The notes beneath the pieces were generated by a model. The model had not been told where the DNA came from and did not search any database. It worked only from the letters and a program-made list of their open reading frames with translations. The position numbers and the translations under genes were made by a program. Below, piece by piece: positions 31,586-41,683 of a stretch of DNA of 64,000 bases. Source of the stretch: an uncultured Pseudomonadota bacterium (GTDB lineage Bacteria; Oederibacteriota; Muellerivitia; Muellerivitales; Muellerivitaceae); NCBI GenBank assembly GCA_963843375.1, contig CAWJKT010000009.1, positions 32,001 through 96,000 of the forward strand, given 5' to 3'. Positions within the stretch are counted from its first letter, which is position 1; every line of letters begins with the position of its first letter.

Positions 31586-33213
31586 ATCAATCGCCACTCA
31601 ACACACGTCTGGCATGGAAAGCTCTTGAAACCCATTCCACGAAAATCCATCCCCTGCATCTTCGGCAGTTCTTCGCGGAAGACCTGGAACGGGGGAAACG
31701 GATGACGGCTGAGGCCGTCGGAATTTATTTTGATTATTCCAAGCACCGCGTTACCGACGAGACACTTAAACTCCTTTTTCAATTGGCTGAGGAATCGGGT
31801 CTTCGGACCCATATTGAGGCCATGTTCCGGGGCGATAAAATCAATATCACGGAGAAGCGGGCGGTTCTGCATACGGCTTTGCGCGCGCCTAAAGGACAAT
31901 CCATTTTCGTTGACGGTGTGGATGTGGTGCCTCAAGTTCACGCGGTGCTCGACAAGATGGCTGAGTTTTCCCAAAAAGTGCGCAGTGGAGAGTGGAAAGG
32001 CCATACGGGCAAACCGATCCGTCATGTCATCAATGTCGGCATCGGTGGTTCCGATCTGGGGCCCATGATGGCTTATGAGGCATTGCGGCATTACAGCGAG
32101 CGCAACCTAACATTCGGTTTTGTTTCCAATGTCGACGGCACTGATTTCGCGGAGGCTGTTCGTGATATTGACGCCGAGGAAACGCTGTTCATCATTTCTT
32201 CGAAGACCTTTACGACCCTTGAGACGATGACCAACGCCCATACGGCCCGTGACTGGGCTCTTAAGACCCTGAAAGATCCGGCGTCCATCGCCAGGCATTT
32301 TGTCGCGGTCTCGACCAACACCCAAGAAGTGTCTAAGTTCGGGATCGACACGGCGAATATGTTTGAATTTTGGGATTGGGTGGGTGGGCGCTACTCCATG
32401 GACTCGGCCATCGGCCTCTCAACGATGATTGCCATAGGACCTGAAAATTTTCACGCCATGCTCGACGGTTTCCATCAAATGGATGAGCATTTTCGTACGG
32501 CTCCCTTCGAACGCAATTTGCCGGTGCTCAATGGACTGCTGGGAATCTGGTATAACAACTTTTTTGGCGCCCAGACCGTGGGAGTTTTTCCCTATGAACA
32601 GTACCTGAAGCGTTTTCCCGCTTATCTGCAGCAGTTGACGATGGAAAGCAACGGCAAGCACGTGACGCTGGAGGGTACCGAAGCGGCTTACCAAACCGGA
32701 CCCATTTATTGGGGAGAACCTGGCACTAATGGACAGCATTCTTTTTACCAATTGATCCATCAGGGAACCAAAATGATTCCCTGCGACTTTATCGGTTTTT
32801 TCAAGCCGCTCAACCAACTGGGCCGCCATCACGACATACTCATGGCCAATCTGTTTGCCCAGGCGGAGGCTTTGGCCTTCGGCAAAACGCGCCAAGAGGT
32901 TGAGGCAGAGGGAACCCCGTCGTGGCTGGTGCCACACCGGACTTTCGAGGGAAACCGTCCATCTAGTACGATTTTGATGGAAGAGCTGACTCCGGCGGCA
33001 CTGGGGAAGCTTGTCGCGCTTTACGAACACAGCGTCTTTACTCAGGGCGCAATCTGGGACATCGACTCATTTGACCAGTGGGGGGTTGAACTGGGGAAGG
33101 CATTGGCGGTAAAGATTATTCCTGAACTTGAAAACGCAAAGGTTCAACTTAAACACGATAGCTCCACCAACACCCTGATTCAGCGCTATAGAAAATCAAA
33201 GAATTTGTCATAG
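31582..33213 (+). CDS. pgi: Glucose-6-phosphate isomerase
   Basis: [26 protein letters not shown]. Confidence 0.97.
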   Translation: MNQSPLNTRLAWKALETHSTKIHPLHLRQFFAEDLERGKRMTAEAVGIYFDYSKHRVTDETLKLLFQLAEESGLRTHIEAMFRGDKINITEKRAVLHTALRAPKGQSIFVDGVDVVPQVHAVLDKMAEFSQKVRSGEWKGHTGKPIRHVINVGIGGSDLGPMMAYEALRHYSERNLTFGFVSNVDGTDFAEAVRDIDAEETLFIISSKTFTTLETMTNAHTARDWALKTLKDPASIARHFVAVSTNTQEVSKFGIDTANMFEFWDWVGGRYSMDSAIGLSTMIAIGPENFHAMLDGFHQMDEHFRTAPFERNLPVLNGLLGIWYNNFFGAQTVGVFPYEQYLKRFPAYLQQLTMESNGKHVTLEGTEAAYQTGPIYWGEPGTNGQHSFYQLIHQGTKMIPCDFIGFFKPLNQLGRHHDILMANLFAQAEALAFGKTRQEVEAEGTPSWLVPHRTFEGNRPSSTILMEELTPAALGKLVALYEHSVFTQGAIWDIDSFDQWGVELGKALAVKIIPELENAKVQLKHDSSTNTLIQRYRKSKNLS

Positions 33214-33291
33214 GGATAGCGGGATATTGAATAGGCTGACAATTTATACCTCTATCCGTAATAAAGAGGGGTAACACATGAGGAGACAATC

Positions 33292-34944
33292 GTGAAAGTT
33301 AATACATTGGCAGGAAAGCCAGCCGAGGTATCGATGCTGGTCGATGTGCCCAAACTGGTTACAGCCTACTATACGGATATACCGGACCCTTCGGTTCCTC
33401 CCCAACGGGTGGCATTCGGAACCTCTGGACACCGCGGTTCGGCATTCGACAAGGCTTTCAATGAATGGCATATCCTCGCCATCACCCAAGCCATCTGTCT
33501 CTATCGAAAACAACAGGGAACGGATGGACCGTTGTTTTTGGGTATTGACACTCACGCTTTATCAATTCCGGCTCAGGCCAGTGCTCTCGAGGTGCTGGCG
33601 GCCAATGGGGTCGAGGTGATGATCGCTGAAGGAAACGAATATACGCCGACCCCCGTTATCTCCCACGCCATCTTGACCTATAACCACGGGCGAAAAAATG
33701 GACTGGCTGACGGCATTGTGATTACGCCTTCGCACAATCCTCCGAAGGACGGAGGGTTTAAATATAATCCGACCAACGGCGGACCGGCAGACAAGGCCGC
33801 CACCGATTGGATAGAGAAGAAAGCAAATGAGTTTCTGGAATCGAAACTGAACGGTGTGAAGCGTATTTCACTCGCCACAGCCATTAGTGCTTCCACAACT
33901 CACCGGCATGATTATCTCGGCGTTTATATCGCTGATCTGGGCCACGTGGTGGATATGGAAGCTATTCGCGGATCCAAGCTCCGGTTGGGCGTAGATCCCT
34001 TGGGCGGAGCGGGAGTTCATTATTGGGGACGAATTGCCGAGCGCTATGGCTTAAATCTCACCGTGGTGAATGAAGTGGTCGATCCGACCTTTCGTTTCAT
34101 GACGGTGGATTGGGACGGCCAAATCCGCATGGATCCTTCCTCGGTCTATGCGATGCAGCGGTTGATCGGGATGAAGGATCAGTTCGACCTTTCTTTCGCC
34201 TGCGACACCGATCATGACCGGCATGGAATCGTGACCCGGAGCACCGGTTTGCTGCCGCCCAACCACTATTTGTCGGTTGCAATCTCCTATCTTTTTCAAA
34301 ATAGACCCCATTGGCGCAATGAAGCGGCTGTCGGCAAAACGGTGGTAAGCAGCCAGATGATTGACCGGGTGACCGCCAAACTGGGCCGGAAACTTTATGA
34401 AGTGCCGGTGGGGTTTAAGTGGTTTGTGGACGGTTTGTTCGACGGTTCGCTAGGTTTTGGCGGCGAAGAAAGCGCGGGGGCTTCCTTTGTCCGTCTGGAT
34501 GGAAGCGTTTGGACGACCGACAAGGATGGGATTGTTCCGGCTTTGCTTTCAGCGGAGATTACAGCCCGAATGGGCCGCGATCCAGGTGAGATCTACCAGG
34601 GACTGACCAGGGAATTCGGCGATCCGGTCTATGACCGCGTTGAGGCACTGGCGACACCAGATCAGAAAAAACGGTTATCCAAGCTCTCACCCCAACAAAT
34701 AAAAATGACTGATTTGGCCGGTGAAAAAATAAAAACCATTCTTACGGTCGCACCGGGCAACCATGCGCCCATCGGCGGTTTAAAAGCAATTACGAAAAGC
34801 GCGTGGTTCGCGGCCCGTCCCTCCGGCACGGAGAATATTTACAAGATCTACGCGGAAAGTTTCCAGGGAGAGGATCATCTTCGCCGTGTTCTGGCGGAAG
34901 CCCAGGCGATAGTTGACGGTGTTTTGGCGGTTTCTAAACCATAA
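33292..34944 (+). CDS. pgm: Phosphoglucomutase
   Basis: FGTSGHRG, TPSHNPP, DTDHDR, GEESAG. Confidence 0.97.
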   Translation: MKVNTLAGKPAEVSMLVDVPKLVTAYYTDIPDPSVPPQRVAFGTSGHRGSAFDKAFNEWHILAITQAICLYRKQQGTDGPLFLGIDTHALSIPAQASALEVLAANGVEVMIAEGNEYTPTPVISHAILTYNHGRKNGLADGIVITPSHNPPKDGGFKYNPTNGGPADKAATDWIEKKANEFLESKLNGVKRISLATAISASTTHRHDYLGVYIADLGHVVDMEAIRGSKLRLGVDPLGGAGVHYWGRIAERYGLNLTVVNEVVDPTFRFMTVDWDGQIRMDPSSVYAMQRLIGMKDQFDLSFACDTDHDRHGIVTRSTGLLPPNHYLSVAISYLFQNRPHWRNEAAVGKTVVSSQMIDRVTAKLGRKLYEVPVGFKWFVDGLFDGSLGFGGEESAGASFVRLDGSVWTTDKDGIVPALLSAEITARMGRDPGEIYQGLTREFGDPVYDRVEALATPDQKKRLSKLSPQQIKMTDLAGEKIKTILTVAPGNHAPIGGLKAITKSAWFAARPSGTENIYKIYAESFQGEDHLRRVLAEAQAIVDGVLAVSKP

Positions 34945-36276
34945 TCAGGGATGCCAAGAGCCGTAATGTTCCCGAATTATCCCCCGGGGCAGGCTTAAAA
35001 CTATAATTAGCAGACCGGTAATCACTCCGTTCCAACAGGACATCGGATTGGCCGCATTTAATAAACAAGATCCAAAGATAACCCACGCGCCCAGCAACAG
35101 GTTGAAATGCCTACCTGTCCGAACGACTTCGGACATGACCATAACGGATGTGGCGATGATCAAAGCACCGGCGACATGATCGCTGTTGGCGGCCGCAGCG
35201 GTTGTGGGCCAAACGGCGGGTAAAACCATCAGCCAGACGCCTAAAAGCGTGCTCACAGCGAGAGTCCAGGTAACACTGACGCCCCTGATCATCCAGGTTA
35301 TAGGGTGGACAGGCGCGCCATGGGCCAGCGCCCGTGATTCCTGGTTCTTTCCGCTTTCCCCTGATTCTCCGGCGAGGAACGTCCCCCAGAATGGTTTTCC
35401 CTGGCGGAGGCTGAGGCGCATGAATTGAACCATCGCGAAAACTTCATCGACCGCGAAGGTGATCATCAGAAGCATTGCTGTCGCGATCACGAGACAAAGG
35501 GTGCACCAATGACCCACCACGATCGGCTGAAGGATTACTAACGTCATACTGACCAGACCCAAAGGCACCACGAGAATGAAAAAGAAAAGGACTACAAAGG
35601 GCATCGTGCGCCAGCGGGCCGCACCACCCGTACATCCGATAAGCATCTCCAGGGTATAGGCAAAGGCGCCCAGCCCAGCGTCCGAGACAGGAATCATTTG
35701 GGAAACTTTGGAGGTGAGGACCAGACGGGTGCCGTCCCCGAAGAAAGGATCCCAGACACTGGAGATATAACCGAGCTGATAGGAGGCAAGATACCGCGAA
35801 ATAAACCAGCCGATGAACGCGAGGTAAATAACGGGGACTCTTTGACGCCAGCCGGAGGGATTAAAGCTCCAGCCGGGGGGAATCCCAGGATCCGGTCGCA
35901 TCGTTTCCGGGGTAATACCGGGAATCGTGGGTATTAATAAAAAGAGGACAATGGCGGTTAGTCCGACAAAGGTGTCATTGATCATCATGACGGGCTGGGG
36001 GGCCCAAAAGAGCAGAGGGGCCAGTTGCAGCCAGATACCTACGAAGCCCACGCCCCAAAGTCCGATAGACTCCATTTTGGGAATAAGGGCGACTGCGGCA
36101 AAGAAAATGAGCCACGCTCCGCTAAGGATATCGCTGTTAAGCATTTTCCCGGGCGGATAGCGGAGAGCAAAAGGACCGCTGACCAGCCATAGTCCCAGGG
36201 CCATTACGGTTAAATTAATCCATAGACGGGCTGCGCGGGTGGGAACGATCTTCCGTATGCGCCCCCGGCGGCTCAC
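34945..36276 (-). CDS. VKOR-family membrane protein with SPW repeats
   Basis: SDAGLG and WCTLC redox motif; SPW-like TM hairpins at both ends. Confidence 0.8.
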   Translation of the reverse strand: MSRRGRIRKIVPTRAARLWINLTVMALGLWLVSGPFALRYPPGKMLNSDILSGAWLIFFAAVALIPKMESIGLWGVGFVGIWLQLAPLLFWAPQPVMMINDTFVGLTAIVLFLLIPTIPGITPETMRPDPGIPPGWSFNPSGWRQRVPVIYLAFIGWFISRYLASYQLGYISSVWDPFFGDGTRLVLTSKVSQMIPVSDAGLGAFAYTLEMLIGCTGGAARWRTMPFVVLFFFILVVPLGLVSMTLVILQPIVVGHWCTLCLVIATAMLLMITFAVDEVFAMVQFMRLSLRQGKPFWGTFLAGESGESGKNQESRALAHGAPVHPITWMIRGVSVTWTLAVSTLLGVWLMVLPAVWPTTAAAANSDHVAGALIIATSVMVMSEVVRTGRHFNLLLGAWVIFGSCLLNAANPMSCWNGVITGLLIIVLSLPRGIIREHYGSWHP

Positions 36277-36434
36277 AGGGGTTCACTGTCCCATGCTTCG
36301 CTTGATGAGTCTTTGGATAGGGGCAAGCCGCATTGAGCGCAGGAACCAGGTTTTTCTTTTAGTGTTTCGGGATGGATTGGACAGTAATAATTGGATTCTG
36401 AGTCGTCCGAGGAATCCTGTATCTTAGCGGGCAT
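36273..36434 (-). CDS. Heavy-metal-binding (HMBD-like) microprotein, 53 aa, not in ORF track
   Basis: MPAKIQDSSDDSESNYYCPIHPETLKEKPGSCAQCGLPLSKDSSSEAWDSEPL; overlaps both neighbours. Confidence 0.8.
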   Translation of the reverse strand: MPAKIQDSSDDSESNYYCPIHPETLKEKPGSCAQCGLPLSKDSSSEAWDSEPL

Positions 36435-37536
36435 GGAGTTCTTTTGGGGCAGGTTGAGCAGTTTTTTTGAGCCTGGAAGGGAGGTTCAGTTTATTGGCGT
36501 AGTACCAGGCGGCGGGATCGTTTTTGAGCGAAGCCGTCATTTTGGGAAGTGTGCGGCGCAGGGAATGCTTAGGCTTCCAGCCGATCAGTTTTTGGGCGCG
36601 GCGGATATTCAGGGTGTAATTATCGTCCGCCAAATCGATCATCCAGGGCTTGATAAAGTGATCAACTCCCGGCACGAGATTTTCCAGCCATGCGCCGGTT
36701 TTCGCGACGAATTTTGGAATTTTCCTGGTCTCCCAGTCTTTGCCGTAAAGAAGCAGTCCGAAAGCGTCCTGGAGTGTCTGGTAGCTTAACGTTTCGGATT
36801 CGCCTAGAAGGATGGTGGTTTCTTTTGGCAAAAGATTCCGCTTTTCGACCACTTTCATAATGGTATCCACCAAATCCTCGAGATGGATAAAGGACTGGCC
36901 GTGGGTTACATCCCCGGGGAAAAGATGACCGAGGAACTTTTGTTCATAGATGCGTTGAACTTGGTGCGCGATGGGAATGGAGTGGCACTCGTCGTTATAA
37001 ACTCCCGCGATACGCAGGATGACGGCGGGAATTTTGCCGTGTTTTTGATGGATAAGTTTTTCGGTTTCAACTTTTGATTTCGGATAGTCCCATTTGGGCT
37101 CCAAAGGCCAGTCTTCCTTCATGCGTTCATTCGGCTGGTTGGGAGCATAAACGAGCATCGAGCTGGAGAATACGAACTGCCCGACCTGAAACCGTTGAAG
37201 CTCATGGAGCACACGTTCCGTACCGCGCACCGTGAGATCCTCGTACAAGGGGCTTGGTTTGCCAGAAAAATCGTAAAAAGCGGCCAAATGAATAACCGAA
37301 GCGATCTTTTTACCATAGCCCACCTGCACGCGGTCAAACGCCTGGCGGACCCTCTTGTCATTGGTCAAATCCACCTGGACGCATTCCGCCATCGGCAGCG
37401 GATGGGAAGGAGATGTTTCACGGTCAAAACCTATAACCCGGAAATGATCAGCCAATCGTTCTACCAATGATGTGCCTATAAGTCCGTTGGCGCCTGTGAC
37501 GATAACCACCCTTTTGCGCGATTCTGTGTTTGTCAT
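36424..37536 (-). CDS. NAD-dependent epimerase/dehydratase (extended SDR)
   Basis: TGANGLIG, HLAA, YPKSK. Confidence 0.88.
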   Translation of the reverse strand: MTNTESRKRVVIVTGANGLIGTSLVERLADHFRVIGFDRETSPSHPLPMAECVQVDLTNDKRVRQAFDRVQVGYGKKIASVIHLAAFYDFSGKPSPLYEDLTVRGTERVLHELQRFQVGQFVFSSSMLVYAPNQPNERMKEDWPLEPKWDYPKSKVETEKLIHQKHGKIPAVILRIAGVYNDECHSIPIAHQVQRIYEQKFLGHLFPGDVTHGQSFIHLEDLVDTIMKVVEKRNLLPKETTILLGESETLSYQTLQDAFGLLLYGKDWETRKIPKFVAKTGAWLENLVPGVDHFIKPWMIDLADDNYTLNIRRAQKLIGWKPKHSLRRTLPKMTASLKNDPAAWYYANKLNLPSRLKKTAQPAPKELHAR

Positions 37537-37573
37537 GTGATGCCTTTCGAATGGCTTTTGTGGTTGGGTTCTT

Positions 37574-37891
37574 TTAATGGTTCTTCAGTTCGACCGAGTT
37601 GGGAGGAGCTGGGGTTTGACCGTAGGTTCCTAATCGGCCATTTCTGTCGTTATGGTAGATATAAAAAGCGATCATTCCCAAAAGAAGGAGGCCACCCAGA
37701 AAGGTTCGCACGTAAACGTTTTGGTGGAAAGGGGAGGGTGTGTCGGGATCGGCCAATGCTTTTTCAAATTGGTCTTCCCGCTTTTGTTCCGGCGTCAACG
37801 ATGGGTTTACCGGTGGTGGTTGTTCTGCCGGCGCCCCAATGGGTTCTCCTGGTCTTACCTCCGGTTTAAATTCATTGTGCACAGTCAGCAT
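37574..37891 (-). CDS. Small single-TM hypothetical protein
   Basis: RBS aggag; Pro-rich N-terminus and one TM helix. Confidence 0.6.
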   Translation of the reverse strand: MLTVHNEFKPEVRPGEPIGAPAEQPPPVNPSLTPEQKREDQFEKALADPDTPSPFHQNVYVRTFLGGLLLLGMIAFYIYHNDRNGRLGTYGQTPAPPNSVELKNH

Positions 37892-37951
37892 TGATCGTCT
37901 CCTTTTAATTCCTGGAAATTGTCCTCGGGCAAATTTGCCTCTGGGCTTGTT

Positions 37952-38104
37952 TTACCATTCTTCTTTTGAACTATCCTTCACCAAGGTAAATCCGCATCGG
38001 GTGCAAGCTCCGGGCTTGTCCTTAATGATTTCTGGATGGATGGGGCAGTAATAACCGGAGTTATCATCGTTTTTTGAAATTTGAACTTTGATAGTCATAA
38101 CCAT
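37952..38104 (-). CDS. Heavy-metal-binding (HMBD-like) microprotein, 50 aa, not in ORF track
   Basis: MVMTIKVQISKNDDNSGYYCPIHPEIIKDKPGACTRCGFTLVKDSSKEEW. Confidence 0.8.
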   Translation of the reverse strand: MVMTIKVQISKNDDNSGYYCPIHPEIIKDKPGACTRCGFTLVKDSSKEEW

Positions 38105-38126
38105 ATCCAACCTATAAATTCGATTT

Positions 38127-38537
38127 TCATTGTCGACCGAACTGGGGAAACCAAAAAAAATGGCTCGCTATCAGCATGGTTAGGCAAAAGATCAATATCC
38201 AAAAGTAGACATCCAGGTCCGCTTTTTGATTTTCAGTCGCCTTCGACTTCTTTTTAAATTTGTAAAAGATAGGCGCACGGCGTGGGCTGACCGAAGTGAG
38301 TAGTACCGCTGCAAAAAATCCTCCAAAAACAATGGGTATCCAGCTAATGCCCATCCAGAGCGGGCCGTAAGGCTTAAGCCAGACCGCAGCGGTCCAGGCG
38401 AAAAGGACCACGACCAATAAAAAGGACAGGAAACTTCCCCACGGGCCCTTGGTACCAAACGTTCGGGAAAAGGTATAAACGATGATTACTCCAACGAGAA
38501 TTGTCACGAAAAAATCAGTAAAAATCATGTAAGACAC
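38127..38537 (-). CDS. 4-TM membrane protein (paralogue B)
   Basis: GTKGPWGS, W..PYGP.W.G..W, SVSPR shared with neighbour. Confidence 0.8.
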   Translation of the reverse strand: MSYMIFTDFFVTILVGVIIVYTFSRTFGTKGPWGSFLSFLLVVVLFAWTAAVWLKPYGPLWMGISWIPIVFGGFFAAVLLTSVSPRRAPIFYKFKKKSKATENQKADLDVYFWILIFCLTMLIASHFFWFPQFGRQ

Positions 38538-38558
38538 CCTAGAGCCAGAGATTTGAAC

Positions 38559-38966
38559 TCAATACCAACCGAGTTGGGGATACCAGTAATAATGGCTGAA
38601 TGCTAAAAATACTAAAACCATGATGAGTATCCAAAAGAAGGCGTCCGCGGCAGTTTTTCGTTCTTCCGCAGACACGGTTTCTTCTTTCAAATTCACCGGT
38701 ACGGGAGGACGTGTTTTACGGGGGCTGACCGAGGTAAGCAAAAAGGCGACCAAAAAGCCCACAAAGATAATGGGGATCCAGCCAACGCCGAACCACACCG
38801 GACCGTAAGGTCTTAGCCAGACACCGGCGACCCAGGCGAAAAGGGAAACCACAATAAAAAACCAAATCAGACTTCCCCAAGGACCTTTGGTTCCAAATGC
38901 GAGGGAAAGTAAAAAGACAATCAGTGAACCGATAATGAAAGCGGCGAATAGGTCTGCGAGGAACAT
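38559..38966 (-). CDS. 4-TM membrane protein (paralogue A)
   Basis: Tandem paralogue of 38127-38537; RBS aggag. Confidence 0.8.
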   Translation of the reverse strand: MFLADLFAAFIIGSLIVFLLSLAFGTKGPWGSLIWFFIVVSLFAWVAGVWLRPYGPVWFGVGWIPIIFVGFLVAFLLTSVSPRKTRPPVPVNLKEETVSAEERKTAADAFFWILIMVLVFLAFSHYYWYPQLGWY

Positions 38967-39070
38967 GAGAGACTCCTTTTGAGTTTTGACGGAACGGGTG
39001 GGACCATACTTTTTTAAGAAAAATTCAAAAGGGAACTGCGGTGAGGCAGAACCCTTTTGGCTCTATGCGG

Positions 39071-39844
39071 TTAATTCCAGTAATATTGAACGTAGCTGGG
39101 ATCGTCGTAATAGTAAAAGTATTGTTTGTTCTCTTGGATGAAGGTTGAATTCGAATCCAACGAAGTGTTAAAGGCGGTAAATTGGTCTTTCGTCAGTTTA
39201 TCCGAACCGTTGGTTTTGAAATCTGCCGTCATTTGGTCCTCGACCGACTTCAAAGCCGTGCCGCAATTTTTGGCTTGGTCGCTGTTCAGGGTATTGTTGG
39301 TTAAACCCTGTTGAATCCGTTCGCGCTGGTTTTTAATCCGTTCCTTCAACTCATATATCCTCGGATGGGTTTCTTCCATCGCGGATACGGATGGGGTAGG
39401 CGCTCCGACAACCGGATAGGAGTCATAGTAATAATCGTAGTTCGGACCGTAATCGACATAGGGACCGTAGTAGTAGAAATACTGTTTATCCTCGTGGATG
39501 GCCGCAGAATTCGCGTCGAGGGACGTGTTGTAAGCGTCATAGGTGTCTTTCGACATTATTTTCTTCGAGCCATTGGCTTTACATTCATCCTTCATCTTGC
39601 CCTGTACGGTGTTCAAAACCGCGCGGCAAGCATCGGCGTCGGACACGGACAGTGTACCGTCGTTTAAACCCTGCTTGATACGAGCAATCTGGTTTCTGAT
39701 GCGGTCCTTCAACTGGACAATTCTCGGATGTGCCAGTTTCTTTTCGGACACATGTTTAACGACCGGTGTAGCGTCTTGGGCGGATGCAAAGCCCAGGCTT
39801 CCAACGGCAAAAACCGCACCTATCAGCAATGCTTTCTTTAACAT
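39071..39844 (-). CDS. Secreted two-repeat helical protein with Tyr-rich motifs (copy 1)
   Basis: Signal peptide; 2x HPRI..LK.RI.NQ..RI.QGL...KQYFYYY. Confidence 0.8.
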   Translation of the reverse strand: MLKKALLIGAVFAVGSLGFASAQDATPVVKHVSEKKLAHPRIVQLKDRIRNQIARIKQGLNDGTLSVSDADACRAVLNTVQGKMKDECKANGSKKIMSKDTYDAYNTSLDANSAAIHEDKQYFYYYGPYVDYGPNYDYYYDSYPVVGAPTPSVSAMEETHPRIYELKERIKNQRERIQQGLTNNTLNSDQAKNCGTALKSVEDQMTADFKTNGSDKLTKDQFTAFNTSLDSNSTFIQENKQYFYYYDDPSYVQYYWN

Positions 39845-39900
39845 AAAAATCCTTTAACCATTTTTAGAATCCCGCCCTTACGAGGCAGGAGAGTTATTAA

Positions 39901-39916
39901 AGCAAGGAGCATGCCC
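39901..39916 (-). promoter_or_regulatory. Sigma54 -24/-12 promoter
   Basis: gGGCAtgctccTTGCt on minus strand. Confidence 0.8.
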
Positions 39917-40007
39917 CTGGTGTTTTACCGGCAAATAGAAAGATTTATGGGAAAACACCTGTTTTTAAACTGCCTTGGAAAAGATTCCGGAATGTACGAA
40001 AGGTTTT

Positions 40008-40044
40008 TCGATCAAAGTGATAATTTGATCGTTCATTTTGATAA
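40008..40044. promoter_or_regulatory. Putative enhancer (UAS)
   Basis: tcgatcaaagtgataatttgatcgttcattttgataa. Confidence 0.7.
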
Positions 40045-40130
40045 GTATTTCTAATTGGTCCTCCAATTAGAAATCGCTTACTTGTTGATGTAGGCGAAAC
40101 TGCATTGCGAATTTCAATCAATTTGCTCAA

Positions 40131-40146
40131 GGGTATGGAACTTGCT
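40131..40146 (+). promoter_or_regulatory. Sigma54 -24/-12 promoter
   Basis: gGGtatggaacTTGCt. Confidence 0.7.
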
Positions 40147-40195
40147 CTTTTACTTTCGGCAAAGAAAAATGGATACTTGAAAGCTAGGCAAAAGT

Positions 40196-40447
40196 ATGGC
40201 CGATATTCTGAATCAACAAGAAAATGTACGAATTCAGGAAGAGAAAACGAGAAAATCTGATTGGGCTCAATGGCTTCACGTCTATCGTTGGGGTGTTTTG
40301 ATCGTGGCAGTTCTATTCCTGGTCGCCCTCGTTACCTATTTGCTGACCGGTAATTTGACCTGGCGCCCGCATGGTCAATGGCATTGGGCGAAAGAAACGA
40401 AGGATAAAAATGGAACTGAATTGCCCCCAGTCACCAGTGCCCCTTAA
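40196..40447 (+). CDS. Small single-TM hypothetical protein
   Basis: One TM helix; directly behind sigma54 site. Confidence 0.6.
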   Translation: MADILNQQENVRIQEEKTRKSDWAQWLHVYRWGVLIVAVLFLVALVTYLLTGNLTWRPHGQWHWAKETKDKNGTELPPVTSAP

Positions 40448-40640
40448 AGAAATTTAATAAAATGTTTAACTTCGAATTTTGTGGCTAAACCATTTAGAAA
40501 CAACAATTTTAAATTTTCGCAACAGATAGTTTTGTGTCCAACCATCTTAAATTGGTATATAGAATTATCATTCGTTCGATTCGGATGACTGCGGCTATGG
40601 CAACATTTGCCTTATGGTATTGAAATCAATGCCAGCCGAG

Positions 40641-41399
40641 TTATTGAATGTAGTTGTGATCGTTGTAGTAATAGAAATAAATTCTGCTCTCCTGGATAAC
40701 GGTTGAGTTTGCATCCAGCATGGCGTTAATCCCGGCAGTTTGGTCCTTCGTCAGATGATGGGAGCCATTGGTCCTAAAATCCACGTTCATCTGATCCCTG
40801 GCCGCGTCCAAAACTGCGTCGCAATGTTTGGCCTGATCACTGGACAAGGAATTGGTGGTTAAATACTGCTGAATCCGGGCGCGCTGAGCCTTCAGACGGT
40901 CTTTCAGTTCAAAGATTCTAGGACCTGTCTTTGCCGACGGGCTGAAAATATTTGGAGTCGGGGCTTGAGCCTTCGGATACTGGTCATCGTAATAATCACC
41001 GGAGTCGTCTAAGGGGCCGTAACTGTAGAAGTACTGTTTTTGCTCCTTAATAAAGCCGGAATTCCTGTCCAGCGATGCGTTGTAAGATTCGTAGGATTCC
41101 TTCGAAATTGTTTTCTTCCCGCCGTTGGCCGCACGCTCAGCTTTTATCTGGTTTTCCACGTTGTCCAGAAGCGTACGGCAAGTTTCAGCTTGGGGAGCAG
41201 TCAGGATACCGGCGGCTAAATCCTGATCAATCCGGGCACGTTGATTTTGAATGCGGTCCTTCAGATAGATAATTCGCATGCGAACCAATTTTTTGGTGGA
41301 AATTGGCTTAGTGACGGCCGGGGTGACATCCTGGGCGCGGACAAGGCCCGTGCTTCCCGCAGCAAAAATAGTGGCTATCAACAACGCTTTCTTGAACAT
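40641..41399 (-). CDS. Secreted two-repeat helical protein (copy 2)
   Basis: Paralogue of 39071-39844; start MFKKALL at 41399 with RBS aagga. Confidence 0.8.
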   Translation of the reverse strand: MFKKALLIATIFAAGSTGLVRAQDVTPAVTKPISTKKLVRMRIIYLKDRIQNQRARIDQDLAAGILTAPQAETCRTLLDNVENQIKAERAANGGKKTISKESYESYNASLDRNSGFIKEQKQYFYSYGPLDDSGDYYDDQYPKAQAPTPNIFSPSAKTGPRIFELKDRLKAQRARIQQYLTTNSLSSDQAKHCDAVLDAARDQMNVDFRTNGSHHLTKDQTAGINAMLDANSTVIQESRIYFYYYNDHNYIQ

Positions 41400-41456
41400 G
41401 AAAAATCCTTTAACGGTTTTTTGAATCCCGCTCTTATGGGAAAGATGAGTTATTAA

Positions 41457-41472
41457 AGCAAGGAGCATGCCT
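41457..41472 (-). promoter_or_regulatory. Sigma54 -24/-12 promoter
   Basis: aGGCAtgctccTTGCt on minus strand. Confidence 0.8.
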
Positions 41473-41561
41473 TTGGTGATTTACTGGAGAACAGAAACAT
41501 TTATGGGAAAACACCTGTTTTTAAACTGTCTTGGAAAAGGTTCCAATTGCGCGAAGGGGTT

Positions 41562-41598
41562 TCGATCAAAGTGATAATTTGATCGTTCATTTTGATAA
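41562..41598. promoter_or_regulatory. Putative enhancer (UAS)
   Basis: Identical to 40008-40044. Confidence 0.7.
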
Positions 41599-41683
41599 TT
41601 ATTTCCAATTGGTTGTTCAGTTAAAAATCATATTGTTATCGAGTTAGCAAACGTATTGCGCAAATTACAATCGATTCGCAGCA

